A DNA stretch of 33,215 nt from Blastocatellia bacterium (GTDB taxonomy: Bacteria; Acidobacteriota; Blastocatellia; RBC074). Positions 24,452 to 33,215 of this stretch are shown here, piece after piece (within the stretch, counting starts at the first letter, position 1; each line of letters begins with the position of its first letter). The stretch is from positions 1-33,215 of the forward strand of contig JBDSAM010000100.1 in assembly GCA_039922135.1 (NCBI GenBank), in the 5' to 3' direction. The notes beneath the pieces were generated by a model. The model was not told where the DNA came from. It was given only the letters and a program-made list of their open reading frames with translations, and did no database searches. The translations under genes and the position numbers were made by a program.

Positions 24452-24808
24452 TCAAGCCGCCGCAACGCCTGCCATTTTCGGACGCCCATGAATCTTGATC
24501 GAATCGTAGTCCTCGGCCTCGAAGGTGAACTCGTAATCGCGCGCCGGTTTGTATTTGCCGGTCATCTCATTGAACTTGACGACCATCGGTTCGATGAAAT
24601 CGTGCATCAACGCACTCTCTTCGACGACCTTGTGCTGCACATGGGCAATGTCATCTTTGCTTATGCCAACGTGATGCAGCAATCGCAGCGGCAAGTTTTT
24701 GGCCTCTGAAATGCCGGTTTCAATGAAATAGGATTCACGCCGAGCTTCGAGTTCGATAAGTTGATTGTAGAAGGAGTCGTTATCGGCAAAAGTCATGCTC
24801 TTTTCCAT
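24452..24808 (-). CDS. Hypothetical cytoplasmic protein (no family recognised)
   Basis: 118-aa ORF with balanced composition and an SD-like GGAGGA upstream. It is flanked by AT-rich non-coding DNA on both sides. Confidence 0.5.
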   Translation of the reverse strand: MEKSMTFADNDSFYNQLIELEARRESYFIETGISEAKNLPLRLLHHVGISKDDIAHVQHKVVEESALMHDFIEPMVVKFNEMTGKYKPARDYEFTFEAEDYDSIKIHGRPKMAGVAAA

Positions 24809-25044
24809 TGTCTGTGTCCTCCGTTAGGCATATTTACTGCCTATTAGCTGATGGTTAAAGTTTGCGCCGCAGCCAGAGTTTTTTCTGCCAGCCACGCCCA
24901 CTGATTGCGAATCAATGACGAAAGAACAAAACGGAAATTTAGAAACATTGCCAGGGAGAGTAAAGACAACTGATTAACTATGCGCGGAAAATAATTCAGG
25001 CAGATTGAAATGTCAATTTTAGATAAGTAGGTGCGCCGTAAGCG

Positions 25045-25677
25045 TCAAGATTGGCTTGGCAACACGGATCGTCTGCCCGGTCGCCGTTCTGTAATCGAAG
25101 GGAAGAATTTGTTGATCACACGATAAGCCAATAGCACAGCCAAGACCGCGCCGAATGCCAGTGGGATGCGCGTGTCAGCTTTGACCAGTAAGTAATAATG
25201 CAGCACTCCGGAAACCGCCGCCACATAAACCATCTTGTGTAGACGATTCCAACGCCGTCCGCCCAGGCGCTTGATCATCTTGTTAGTCGAAGTCACAGCC
25301 AGCGGAACTAGAATCAAAAATCCTAGCATTCCAAGAAAGATGAATGGCCGTTTGATGGTGTCAGAGGCAATTGCCCGCAGGTTGAATGCCTTGTCAAACC
25401 AAGTGTACGAGAGCAGGTGCAGGCAGCCATAGAAAAACGCGAACAGTCCTAGCACTCGCCGAAACTGCACTATCCACGGCAGCCCCAGCATCTTTCGCAA
25501 CGGCGTTACTGCCAGCGACAACAGCAAAAAGACCAACGTCAGCGTGCCAGTGGTGTGTAGCACAAACTCCGGCGGATTTGCGCCTAGCCGGTGATGATAG
25601 GCATCCCAGAACAGCAGCGACGCTGGAACGGCAGCGTTGACGAAGATCGCGACCTTGGCAAATTTGATGTCTGGCAT
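25045..25677 (-). CDS. msrQ: Protein-methionine-sulfoxide reductase heme-binding subunit MsrQ (YedZ)
   Basis: Six-TM ferric-reductase-like profile with conserved His (GCLHLLSY, RLHKMVY). Lies immediately downstream of msrP. The ATG at 25677 is preferred over the TTG at 25686. Confidence 0.9.
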   Translation of the reverse strand: MPDIKFAKVAIFVNAAVPASLLFWDAYHHRLGANPPEFVLHTTGTLTLVFLLLSLAVTPLRKMLGLPWIVQFRRVLGLFAFFYGCLHLLSYTWFDKAFNLRAIASDTIKRPFIFLGMLGFLILVPLAVTSTNKMIKRLGGRRWNRLHKMVYVAAVSGVLHYYLLVKADTRIPLAFGAVLAVLLAYRVINKFFPSITERRPGRRSVLPSQS

Positions 25678-25682
25678 AAGAT

Positions 25683-26654
25683 TCAATAGTTCGTTTTCAA
25701 ATCCATCCCTGAATACAGGCTGGCAACCTGATCGCCGTACCCGTTAAACATCAGCGTATCGCGCAAACCGAATTCACCAATGCGGCGTTCAGTCGCCTGC
25801 GTCCAGCGCGGATGCGAAACCTTCGGATTCACATTTGAATAAAAACCATATTCGTCCGGCCCGACCGCCTTCCAAGTGTTCACCGGCTGATCTTTGACCA
25901 GAAGGATTTGCACGATGGATTTGATGCCTTTGAATCCATACTTCCACGGCACAACCAATCGCAATGGCGCGCCGTTTTGCGGCAGCAGCATCTTGCCATA
26001 CAAACCGGCGGCCAATGTCGTCAGCGGGTGCATCGCTTCGTCCAATCGCAAACCCTCGACGTAAGGCCACGGCAATACATCTTCTCGTTGATTCGGCATC
26101 CGTTGCGGATCAACCAGCGTGATGAACTTGACGAACTTCGCATCTCCCATTGGCTCCACTTGTTCAAGCAGCTTCGAGAGTGAAAACCCCAGCCACGGAA
26201 TCACCATTGACCAGGCCTCAACACAGCGATGGCGGTAAACCCGGTCTTCCAGGGGTGCGAGTTTTAGCAGATCGTCCAGATCAAAAGTCTTTGGCTTGTG
26301 AACCATCCCGCCGACTTCAACTGTCCACGGGCGTGTGACAAAGTTTTTCGCGCGGCGGGCGACTGCCTGTTTGTCGGTCGAGAATTCGTAAAAGTTGTTG
26401 TAATTAGTAATGTCTTCGAATGCTGTTGCCGCTACACCTGTGGGCGTGGCGTAACCGCCTTTGGTTGGCAATTCCGCCAGATCAACCTTCTTTGCTTCGC
26501 GGCCTGCCGTGTTTAATTGGCGATAAAGCAAGCCGGTCGCCACGCTTGTCCCCGCCAGCACTGCGCCGCGAATGAAATTGCGGCGGTTCCAGTAATTCTC
26601 TTCGATTGTAATCTCGCTGCTACTGTTGATGTCGTCTGATTTCTTGATAAGCAT
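25683..26654 (-). CDS. msrP: Protein-methionine-sulfoxide reductase catalytic (molybdopterin) subunit MsrP (YedY)
   Basis: Tat signal [13 protein letters not shown]. Oxidoreductase molybdopterin-binding core [18 protein letters not shown]. The ATG at 26654 is preferred; the ORF is open to 26705. Confidence 0.92.
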   Translation of the reverse strand: MLIKKSDDINSSSEITIEENYWNRRNFIRGAVLAGTSVATGLLYRQLNTAGREAKKVDLAELPTKGGYATPTGVAATAFEDITNYNNFYEFSTDKQAVARRAKNFVTRPWTVEVGGMVHKPKTFDLDDLLKLAPLEDRVYRHRCVEAWSMVIPWLGFSLSKLLEQVEPMGDAKFVKFITLVDPQRMPNQREDVLPWPYVEGLRLDEAMHPLTTLAAGLYGKMLLPQNGAPLRLVVPWKYGFKGIKSIVQILLVKDQPVNTWKAVGPDEYGFYSNVNPKVSHPRWTQATERRIGEFGLRDTLMFNGYGDQVASLYSGMDLKTNY

Positions 26655-26836
26655 TGCGTCTTCCTTAATTCTCCAGCTTTTCGCTTGCGACAACCGTTTC
26701 GCCACCTTGTCACACTTGTATGCCGGGTTGGCGGCATTTTATTCCGAATCGCGTGCAAATGCTTTCTCTCGCACGTCCCCAAGCTATAATCGCCGCTCGA
26801 ATCGAATTTACGTCTCCCTAAATCACAATAGATTTC

Positions 26837-27709
26837 ATGATGATGGTTGAAGAATTATTGCGACAACCCCTCTCTTGTTTGAAGGGCAGTTTCCTTGAAG
26901 AAGGAAGGCCCGTGCCCAAAGGCTTGGTTGAAGCTCTTGAAAACGATCCGCGACGCGGCGCGCGCGATCTGGCAGCCAAACTGCGCGCGCGAGGACGGGA
27001 TAACCGCGCTGAAGGACAACGCCTGCGACATTTGCTGAAATTTGAAGCAGAGTTGTGGGAACAAGGCTTTCAATTCATCGCCGGTGTGGACGAAGCAGGC
27101 ATGGGACCGCTAGCCGGGCCTGTGGTGGCTGGCGCTGTGATTTTGCCTCGTGATTACAAGTTGCGCGCACTGGACGATTCTAAAAAGCTCGACGAAGCAA
27201 AGCGCGAACAACTGGCAGTTCAAATCAAAGCTGACGCCTTTGCCTGGGCTATTGGCATTGCCGAAGTCCAAGAGATAGACAGCATCAATATCTATCATGC
27301 CGGACTGCTGGCGATGCGGCGCGCTGTTTACGGGCTGGCCTCCCAGCCTAACTTTGCATCGCCAGACTTTTTACTACCAGACTTTTTGCTGGTGGATGCC
27401 CGGACGATTCCTGATTGCTGCATGCCACAGCGAGGAATCGTGCGCGGAGATTCATTGTCGGCAAGCATTGCGGCAGCTTCGATTCTGGCCAAAACCACAC
27501 GCGATGCCATGATGTTTGAACTGGATTGCCGATTCCCCGGCTACGGACTGGCTGGACACAAAGGTTATTCGACGCCGGAGCATTGTGCCGCCTTACGAAC
27601 CCTTGGCGCGACGCCAATTCATCGTCGCAGCTTCCGCCCGGTGCGCGAAGCGTTAGGACTTGATCCAATACAAGTATCGTTGTTTCCCTGCGACCAAGGA
27701 GAACAATGA
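26837..27709 (+). CDS. rnhB: Ribonuclease HII (long form with Bacillus-like N-terminal extension)
   Basis: [42 protein letters not shown]. The N-terminal [11 protein letters not shown] region resembles the B. subtilis RnhB extension. Confidence 0.93.
   Translation: MMMVEELLRQPLSCLKGSFLEEGRPVPKGLVEALENDPRRGARDLAAKLRARGRDNRAEGQRLRHLLKFEAELWEQGFQFIAGVDEAGMGPLAGPVVAGAVILPRDYKLRALDDSKKLDEAKREQLAVQIKADAFAWAIGIAEVQEIDSINIYHAGLLAMRRAVYGLASQPNFASPDFLLPDFLLVDARTIPDCCMPQRGIVRGDSLSASIAAASILAKTTRDAMMFELDCRFPGYGLAGHKGYSTPEHCAALRTLGATPIHRRSFRPVREALGLDPIQVSLFPCDQGEQ
27362..27391 (+). repeat. In-frame 15-bp tandem duplication inside rnhB
   Basis: CCAGACTTTTTACTA / CCAGACTTTTTGCTG, encoding [10 protein letters not shown]. 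Confidence 0.8.
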
Positions 27710-27724
27710 GCACAGGAAGATCAA

Positions 27725-28012
27725 TTGTTGAAAAGAATCCTGATCTCATCAGCAATTTTGGCCATTGCACTAACCTTGTTCTATTTCATTCACGAAGACC
27801 TTCCGAAGTTCCTTCGCGCGCCAACCTCCTTAATTCTGGCACCGATAGCGATTGTTGATGGCGTTTGTTATGCGTTAGGAATCAGCGGAATTTATGGGAA
27901 GTGGATCCCAGTCTTTTTTGTGAACTGGGTTGCGGCGGCCATTTTTTGTTATTTGTTGCTGGCGGTGAAAAAACGGTGGGGATCAAAACCTAATCCGCCA
28001 ATTTCAAATTAA
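27725..28012 (+). CDS. Hypothetical small membrane protein (3 predicted TM segments)
   Basis: Hydrophobic ORF with a TTG start and no recognised family. It is packed between rnhB and the ThrE-family gene. Confidence 0.4.
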   Translation: MLKRILISSAILAIALTLFYFIHEDLPKFLRAPTSLILAPIAIVDGVCYALGISGIYGKWIPVFFVNWVAAAIFCYLLLAVKKRWGSKPNPPISN

Positions 28013-28022
28013 AAGTTAAAAC

Positions 28023-29267
28023 ATGCCTGCTCCGCAACGACAACTTGCCGCCGAATCAGAAGCTGAATCGCGCAATGCTATTGGGTTTGTGCTGCATCTG
28101 GGCCGCGCGCTGCACACTTACGGTTATCCGGCGCACCGATTGGAAGCGGTGATGAGTATGGCAGCCGAGCATCTGCGGCTGACGGGACAATTTTTCTCGA
28201 CGCCAACTTCGATCTTTGCCTCATTCGGTCCGCAGGAAGATCAGCGGACATTCCTGATGCGCGTCACGCCGGGCGAAGTGAACCTGGGCAAGCTGTCCGA
28301 ACTCGACGACGTGACGACCAGCGTGTTGCGTGCCTTGTGCGACCCGGCGGAAGGTTCTGCCCGAATCGAAACCATTGTGAATGCGCCATCGCGATACGGC
28401 AGTTTGATCAGAACCGTCGCGTTCGGGCTGGCGTCGGCAGCAGCGTCGCGTTTTCTTGGCGGAGGATTGAAGGAGATCGGCGTTTCGGCGGTCATCGGAT
28501 TGTTGATCGGGCTGCTTTCTGCATTTGTAACGAAGTATCCGGAATGGAGCCGCGTTTTTGAGCCTGTCGCGGCGTTTGCGGCTTCGGCGATGGCGGTGGC
28601 ATTCAGCTTTGTCGTCGGTCCGTACGCCGTTTCCAACGCGACGCTGGCCGGACTGATTATTTTGATGCCGGGATTGACGCTAACAGTAGCGATGATCGAG
28701 CTGTCGTCGCAACACCTGTCTTCCGGGACATCGCGGTTGAGCGGCGCGTTTGTGATCTTCATTGGCATGGGCTTCGGCGTGGCGCTCGGCGGCACCGTGG
28801 CGCAGACCGTTTTTGGCAATCCGCACATTGCGCGCGCCGCTCAACTGCCTGGCTGGACGGAGTTAATTGCGCTGTTGGCGATGCCTTTAGCCTTTACTGT
28901 GCTGCTGCGCGCCCACTGGCGCGACGCGGGATGGATAGTTATTGCAGGCGCATTATCCGTCGGGGGCAGCAAGCTGGGCGTGCATTTGGTCGGGCCGGAA
29001 CTGGGCGTTTTTCTGGGCGCGCTTACCGTCGGCGTCGCCAGCAACTGGTATTCGCGCTTGCTGGATCATCCGGCAATCATCACGCAAGTGCCCGGCATTT
29101 TGCTGTTGGTGCCCGGCAGCGTGGGCTTTCGTGGGTTGGCGTCGCTGCTTGACCGGCAGATCGTGTCGGGTGTGGATACGACCTTCAAAATGATTTTAAC
29201 GGCGATGGCGCTGGTAGCTGGGACGCTGATCGCCAATATCGTTGTGCCTTCACGCCGAGAGTTGTAA
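28023..29267 (+). CDS. Threonine/serine exporter (ThrE) family membrane protein (DUF1212 + DUF3815 fused)
   Basis: N-terminal cytoplasmic part with LHLGRALHTYGYPAHRLEAVM, followed by about 10 TM helices. Confidence 0.85.
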   Translation: MPAPQRQLAAESEAESRNAIGFVLHLGRALHTYGYPAHRLEAVMSMAAEHLRLTGQFFSTPTSIFASFGPQEDQRTFLMRVTPGEVNLGKLSELDDVTTSVLRALCDPAEGSARIETIVNAPSRYGSLIRTVAFGLASAAASRFLGGGLKEIGVSAVIGLLIGLLSAFVTKYPEWSRVFEPVAAFAASAMAVAFSFVVGPYAVSNATLAGLIILMPGLTLTVAMIELSSQHLSSGTSRLSGAFVIFIGMGFGVALGGTVAQTVFGNPHIARAAQLPGWTELIALLAMPLAFTVLLRAHWRDAGWIVIAGALSVGGSKLGVHLVGPELGVFLGALTVGVASNWYSRLLDHPAIITQVPGILLLVPGSVGFRGLASLLDRQIVSGVDTTFKMILTAMALVAGTLIANIVVPSRREL

Positions 29268-29322
29268 AACAAGTTCGAGGTTAACTGACAGTTCACCCAA
29301 TATTTTCAGGAAGACATCAAAC

Positions 29323-30327
29323 ATGGCAAATAAAACAAATCACCAATGGCAACTGGCCGCGCGGCCTGAAGGTTCGATTAAAGAGAGCGATTTCAATTGG
29401 GTGGATAAGCCCGTGCCTGATCTGCAGGATGGGCAGTTTCTGGTTCGCAATCTCTACCTTTCGCTGGATCCGACCATGCGAATGTGGGCGACGAAAGACA
29501 CTTACCTGCCCGCCGTAAAAATCGGCGAAGTGATGCGCGGCGGCACCATCGGCGTGGTGGAAGAATCGCGCAATTCAAAATTCAAGGAAGGCGATCATAC
29601 AACCGGCTTGCTGGGTTGGCAGGAATACGCCGTAACCGATGGCAAAGGCTTAAACGTACTGCCCAATCTGCCCGGCGTGCCGTTGACTGCGCACTTCGGT
29701 TTGTTCGGCCATATTGGAATGACGGCTTATTTCGGCCTGCTGGACATCGGCAAACCGCAAGCAGGCGAAACGCTGGTGGTGTCGGCAGCGGCAGGCGCGG
29801 TCGGTTCGCTGGTTGGGCAGATCGGCAAGATCAAAGGTTGTCACGTAGTAGGCATTGCCGGCACGAACGATAAATGCGATTGGATCATCAACGACTTAGG
29901 CTTTGACGCGGCGATCAATTACAAGACCGAGAATGTTTACGATGCGCTGAAGAAGCATTGCCCGAAGGGCATAGACATTGATTTCGAGAATGTCGGCGGC
30001 GAAATCATGGACTCCGTGCTGGCGCAGATTAACTTGCGCGCCCGCATCGTACTATGCGGTTTGATTTCGGGCTACAACGCGACTGAGCCGGTTCCCGGCC
30101 CATATAACTTCGGCAACATTCTGGTGCAGCGCGCCCGCATCGAAGGTTTCATCGTCCTGGATTACGCCCCACGCGCGATGGAATGCATGACCGAACTGGG
30201 CCTGTGGCTGATGCAAGGCAAGATCAAATACCGGATTGATGAAGTGGAGGGTTTGAAGCAAGCGCCGCTGGCGCTGAATCGTTTGTTTGACGGATCGAAC
30301 ATCGGCAAGCTGGTGGTCAAAATCTGA
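29323..30327 (+). CDS. NADP-dependent oxidoreductase, zinc-free MDR (YncB/CurA / alkenal-prostaglandin reductase-like)
   Basis: N-terminus NHQWQLAARPEG, LYLSLDPTMR. Nucleotide-binding VSAAAGAVGSLVGQIGK. The ATG at 29323 is preferred over the track start at 29242, which overlaps the upstream gene. Confidence 0.9.
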   Translation: MANKTNHQWQLAARPEGSIKESDFNWVDKPVPDLQDGQFLVRNLYLSLDPTMRMWATKDTYLPAVKIGEVMRGGTIGVVEESRNSKFKEGDHTTGLLGWQEYAVTDGKGLNVLPNLPGVPLTAHFGLFGHIGMTAYFGLLDIGKPQAGETLVVSAAAGAVGSLVGQIGKIKGCHVVGIAGTNDKCDWIINDLGFDAAINYKTENVYDALKKHCPKGIDIDFENVGGEIMDSVLAQINLRARIVLCGLISGYNATEPVPGPYNFGNILVQRARIEGFIVLDYAPRAMECMTELGLWLMQGKIKYRIDEVEGLKQAPLALNRLFDGSNIGKLVVKI

Positions 30328-31112
30328 TGTTTATTGATTCCCATGCGCATTTGGATACTCCCAACTACGACGCCGACCGCGCCGAGGTGATCGCTCGAGC
30401 CCGTGCTGCCGGCGTTGAAATCATGCTGGAGATTGCCGGCAGCGACATCGGCAAAGGCTCGCTTGAACCCGGATTGAAGCTGGCTGAAGAGTACGAATTT
30501 ATCTACGCCGCCATCGGCTTGCATCCGCACGAAGCCAGTCTGTACGACACGGCTCTAGAGCAAACGCTGCTTGAACACAGCAGCCATCCGAAGGTCATCG
30601 CTTGGGGCGAAATCGGGTTGGATTACTTCTATGACCACAGCCCGCGCGATGTACAGCAGCGTGCCTTTCGACGACAGTTGGAACTAGCGATTAATTTCCG
30701 ATTGCCAGTCATCATCCACACGCGCGACGCTGAAGAGGACACGATTGCCATCTTGCGCGAAACTTGGGCCAATGCGGACGGCACAAGCATCGGCGGGATC
30801 ATTCATTGCTTCACCGGCACGCAAGAGTTGGCCGACGCGGCTATCGAAATGGGCTTTCACATCTCGTTTTCCGGCGTAGTGACGTTCAAAACGGCGGAAG
30901 AATTACGCAATGTGGCGCGCAACGTGCCGATGGAAAGGTTGCTGATCGAAACCGACTGCCCCTTCCTGGCTCCCATTCCGCATCGCGGGAAGCGCAACGA
31001 ACCAGCTTTTGTCATAGAAACGGCCAGGAAGTTGTCTGAGTTGAAAGCAACCAGTCTGGAAGAGATTGCCCACATCACAAGCGATAATTTCCGGCGGTTG
31101 TTTCATCTTTAA
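30327..31112 (+). CDS. TatD-family metal-dependent hydrolase (DNase)
   Basis: MFIDSHAHLD, GEIGLDY, PVIIHTRDA, GIIHCFTG, FSGVVTFK, LIETDCPFLAP. The ATG overlaps the upstream stop by 1 nt. Confidence 0.93.
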   Translation: MFIDSHAHLDTPNYDADRAEVIARARAAGVEIMLEIAGSDIGKGSLEPGLKLAEEYEFIYAAIGLHPHEASLYDTALEQTLLEHSSHPKVIAWGEIGLDYFYDHSPRDVQQRAFRRQLELAINFRLPVIIHTRDAEEDTIAILRETWANADGTSIGGIIHCFTGTQELADAAIEMGFHISFSGVVTFKTAEELRNVARNVPMERLLIETDCPFLAPIPHRGKRNEPAFVIETARKLSELKATSLEEIAHITSDNFRRLFHL

Positions 31113-31388
31113 TGATTTTCGCCTGCATTGACAACGGGTTTAGCATCGGGGTACAAGTTCGCCCCTGCCTTACGCTTACGACACAGGCAAACAAATGATG
31201 CGCTGAAAAGCCGTCAGGCGCGACTGCCGCCCGTGATACTTATTTGACCGATCCTACACAGGCAGGCAAAACTTTCGCTTTAGCATCAAATTTGGAAGAA
31301 CAGAGTCTTTTCTCCAATTGCCTAACACCGCTGCAGTAGCCTGTCTTCCGCAAGGCCGCACGGTTTGTTGTGGCAGGGTTTGTGAATT

Positions 31389-31889
31389 ATGGCGCAGCAA
31401 AATACATTCGACATCGTTTCAAAGATTGAGCACACCGAGGTGGTCAACGCCATAAATCAGGCGTTGAAAGAGGTACTGGCGCGTTTCGATTTCAAAGGCA
31501 GCAAGAGCAGCATCGAAACTGAGGGGGAAGAGACGATCATTCTGACTTCGGACGATGACTACAAGCTCAAAGCCCTGGACGACATTCTGCAAACCAAGTT
31601 CGTCAAACGCGGCGTGCCGCTTAAAGGGCTGACATACGGAAAAGTCGAGCAGGCGCTCGGCAACACGGTTCGTCAGCGGGTCACCTTGCAACAAGGCATT
31701 CCGCAAGAGAAAGCCAAAGAGATCGTCAAGTTCATCAAAGACACAAAACTCAAGGTACAGGTTTCGATCCAGGCTGATATGGTGCGCGTCGCAGGCAAAG
31801 ACCGCGATCTTCTGCAAGAAGTCATCTCCGCTTTGCGAGGTCACGATTTCGGCATTGACATGCAGTTTACGAATTACAGATCGAATTGA
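31389..31889 (+). CDS. YajQ-family (UPF0234) nucleotide / cyclic-di-GMP-binding protein
   Basis: FDIVSKIEHTEVVNAINQALKEVLARFDFKG is the characteristic N-terminus. About 165 aa. Confidence 0.9.
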   Translation: MAQQNTFDIVSKIEHTEVVNAINQALKEVLARFDFKGSKSSIETEGEETIILTSDDDYKLKALDDILQTKFVKRGVPLKGLTYGKVEQALGNTVRQRVTLQQGIPQEKAKEIVKFIKDTKLKVQVSIQADMVRVAGKDRDLLQEVISALRGHDFGIDMQFTNYRSN

Positions 31890-31947
31890 GGCCGGTGGCT
31901 GGTGGCCGGTTGAAAGCCCGACCACTAATCGCCAACCACATAGAACT

Positions 31948-32964
31948 ATGGCAACACAAGTTTCAGCAACTTCCTCACTCGAGGCGGTCTCGACCGCCGG
32001 ACGAATCTTCGGTTTGATTGCCCGCGAAATGCAGTTGGTCGAGGAAGAGTTTGAACGCCAGGCGCGCTCCAACATTCAAATCATCGCCCACATCGGACGC
32101 TACCTGCATCAGACCGGCGGCAAGCGCGTCCGTCCGGCATTGGTTGTGCTGTCGGCCAAAGTTTTCGGCGAGGAAATTGATTCGCCCGTCATCAAGATGG
32201 CGACGGTCATGGAGTTCCTGCATACTGCGACGCTTGTGCACGACGACGTGATTGACGGCGCGGATGTACGCCGAGGTCGCCAGGCGGTCTCTTCGCAGTG
32301 GGGAAATGAAACCGCCGTGTTGATGGGCGACTGGCTGTATATGTCTGCTTTTGAAACCGCCTTGCGCGAACGGAACCTGGACATCCTGGACGCGCTGACC
32401 GAAGCCACGCGCAAGATGACTGAAGGCGAGTTGATCCAACTGACGCTAATCGGCAATACACGCATCACTGAAGAGCAGCATTTTGAGATCATAACGCGCA
32501 AGACCGGTTACCTATTCAGTGCCAGTTGCCGCGTCGGCGCGATTATGCGCGGCGCGACCCTGGAACAGCGACAGGCGCTGGCCGATTATGGATTGAATCT
32601 GGGCATTGCGTTTCAGTTGGTGGATGACCTGCTGGATTTCACATCTAACATCGAAAAGCTGGGCAAGCCAGTGCTGAGCGACCTGCGCGAAGGCAAGGTC
32701 ACGCTGCCATTAATCCGTCTGCTGCGGTCGCACCCGCATTTCATTACCCAGGTCCGCGCCGCCATGGAAGAACCGGCCGGTCAAAACCGGTGCGCGCGCG
32801 ACGTTCTGGCTATTTTGGCCGAATACGGCGAATTGGAAAGCGCGCGCGAGGAAGCTTATTCTTATGCCGCCCGCGCGCAGGAAGTCTTGCGAATTCTGCC
32901 CGATAACCAATACCGGCGGGCGCTTGCCGAGATTGCGCAGTACGTCATCGAGCGCGATAGATGA
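31948..32964 (+). CDS. Long-chain trans-polyprenyl diphosphate synthase (IspB/HepT-like)
   Basis: First DDxxD (LVHDDVIDGADVRRG) and second DDxxD (FQLVDDLLDF), GKRVRP, GKPVLSDLREGKVTLP. The ATG at 31948 is preferred over the track start at 31855, which overlaps yajQ. Confidence 0.92.
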   Translation: MATQVSATSSLEAVSTAGRIFGLIAREMQLVEEEFERQARSNIQIIAHIGRYLHQTGGKRVRPALVVLSAKVFGEEIDSPVIKMATVMEFLHTATLVHDDVIDGADVRRGRQAVSSQWGNETAVLMGDWLYMSAFETALRERNLDILDALTEATRKMTEGELIQLTLIGNTRITEEQHFEIITRKTGYLFSASCRVGAIMRGATLEQRQALADYGLNLGIAFQLVDDLLDFTSNIEKLGKPVLSDLREGKVTLPLIRLLRSHPHFITQVRAAMEEPAGQNRCARDVLAILAEYGELESAREEAYSYAARAQEVLRILPDNQYRRALAEIAQYVIERDR

Positions 32965-32997
32965 ACAGCAGTTGCGTTGGCCAATAGGGTAAAGGCG

Positions 32998-33215
32998 ATG
33001 AACGACACGGCATTGGCTGCGCTTCAACGGTCACTTACGGAGAACCGCGAGGCGAAGCGAAAAATTCAAGCAAGGGTGGCTGAGATCGAAGCCGAATCGG
33101 CCTCGCTGCGGTCACAGATCAATTCGCTGGATACCATCATTGAGCAAACCGAACATGTTCTATTGCAGATGCTCTTTCCCGCTCTCCAGCAACAGGTTCC
33201 TACTCCGGCCAGTAA
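32998..33215 (+). CDS. Partial ORF (5' part only), coiled-coil-like hypothetical protein
   Basis: An ATG at 32998 is open to the window end. Heptad-like sequence RKIQARVAEIEAESASLRSQINSLDTIIEQ. Confidence 0.3.
   Translation, partial: MNDTALAALQRSLTENREAKRKIQARVAEIEAESASLRSQINSLDTIIEQTEHVLLQMLFPALQQQVPTPAS

Noticed and set aside
31113-31388. Repeated 9-10-nt motifs (TTTAGCATC twice, ACACAGGCA twice) and a TTGACA in the 276-bp region upstream of the YajQ gene.
   Set aside because: The motifs are too short and few to distinguish from chance. No matching -10 lies at the proper spacing and no stable structure was recognised.
1-33215. Mobile elements, prophage genes, toxin-antitoxin pairs, and restriction or other defence systems.
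   Set aside because: I read through all track ORFs and gaps. No transposase, integrase, recombinase, nuclease-helicase defence architecture or terminal inverted repeats with target duplications were recognised.

Overview
About 33 kb of gene-dense, moderately GC-rich bacterial chromosome. It is most likely from an Acidobacteriota-type genome: it has a VWFA-related acidobacterial-type secreted protein, PEGA and FGE-sulfatase paralogs, and carboxypeptidase-regulatory-like secreted proteins. I recognised no rRNA, tRNA, CRISPR array, transposase, integrase or phage genes. Left to right: an ORF-poor structured region; lexA (-); a divergent three-gene envelope module (4x zinc-ribbon/TM/FGE-like, PEGA/FGE-like, outer-membrane barrel); an MFS transporter; a minus-strand DUF1223 / TVP38 / FAD-disulfide-reductase cluster; and a complete kdp potassium-pump locus. 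In that locus KdpD is split into two genes that bracket kdpE and kdpFABC, with extra small ORFs and structured spacers. Next come an internally deleted histidine-kinase remnant with an orphan receiver protein, an HU gene, a 650-bp non-coding gap and an orphan LysW-like zinc-ribbon protein. The rest is housekeeping: VWA protein, thiE, msrPQ, rnhB, ThrE-family exporter, MDR oxidoreductase, TatD, YajQ and a polyprenyl synthase. Most of the window is ordinary. The items most worth follow-up are the split kdpD architecture with its leader peptides, the catalytic-Cys-less FGE-like envelope module next to lexA, and the non-canonical candidate lexA operator. All calls rest on reading the sequence and recalling family motifs; no searches or computations were run.
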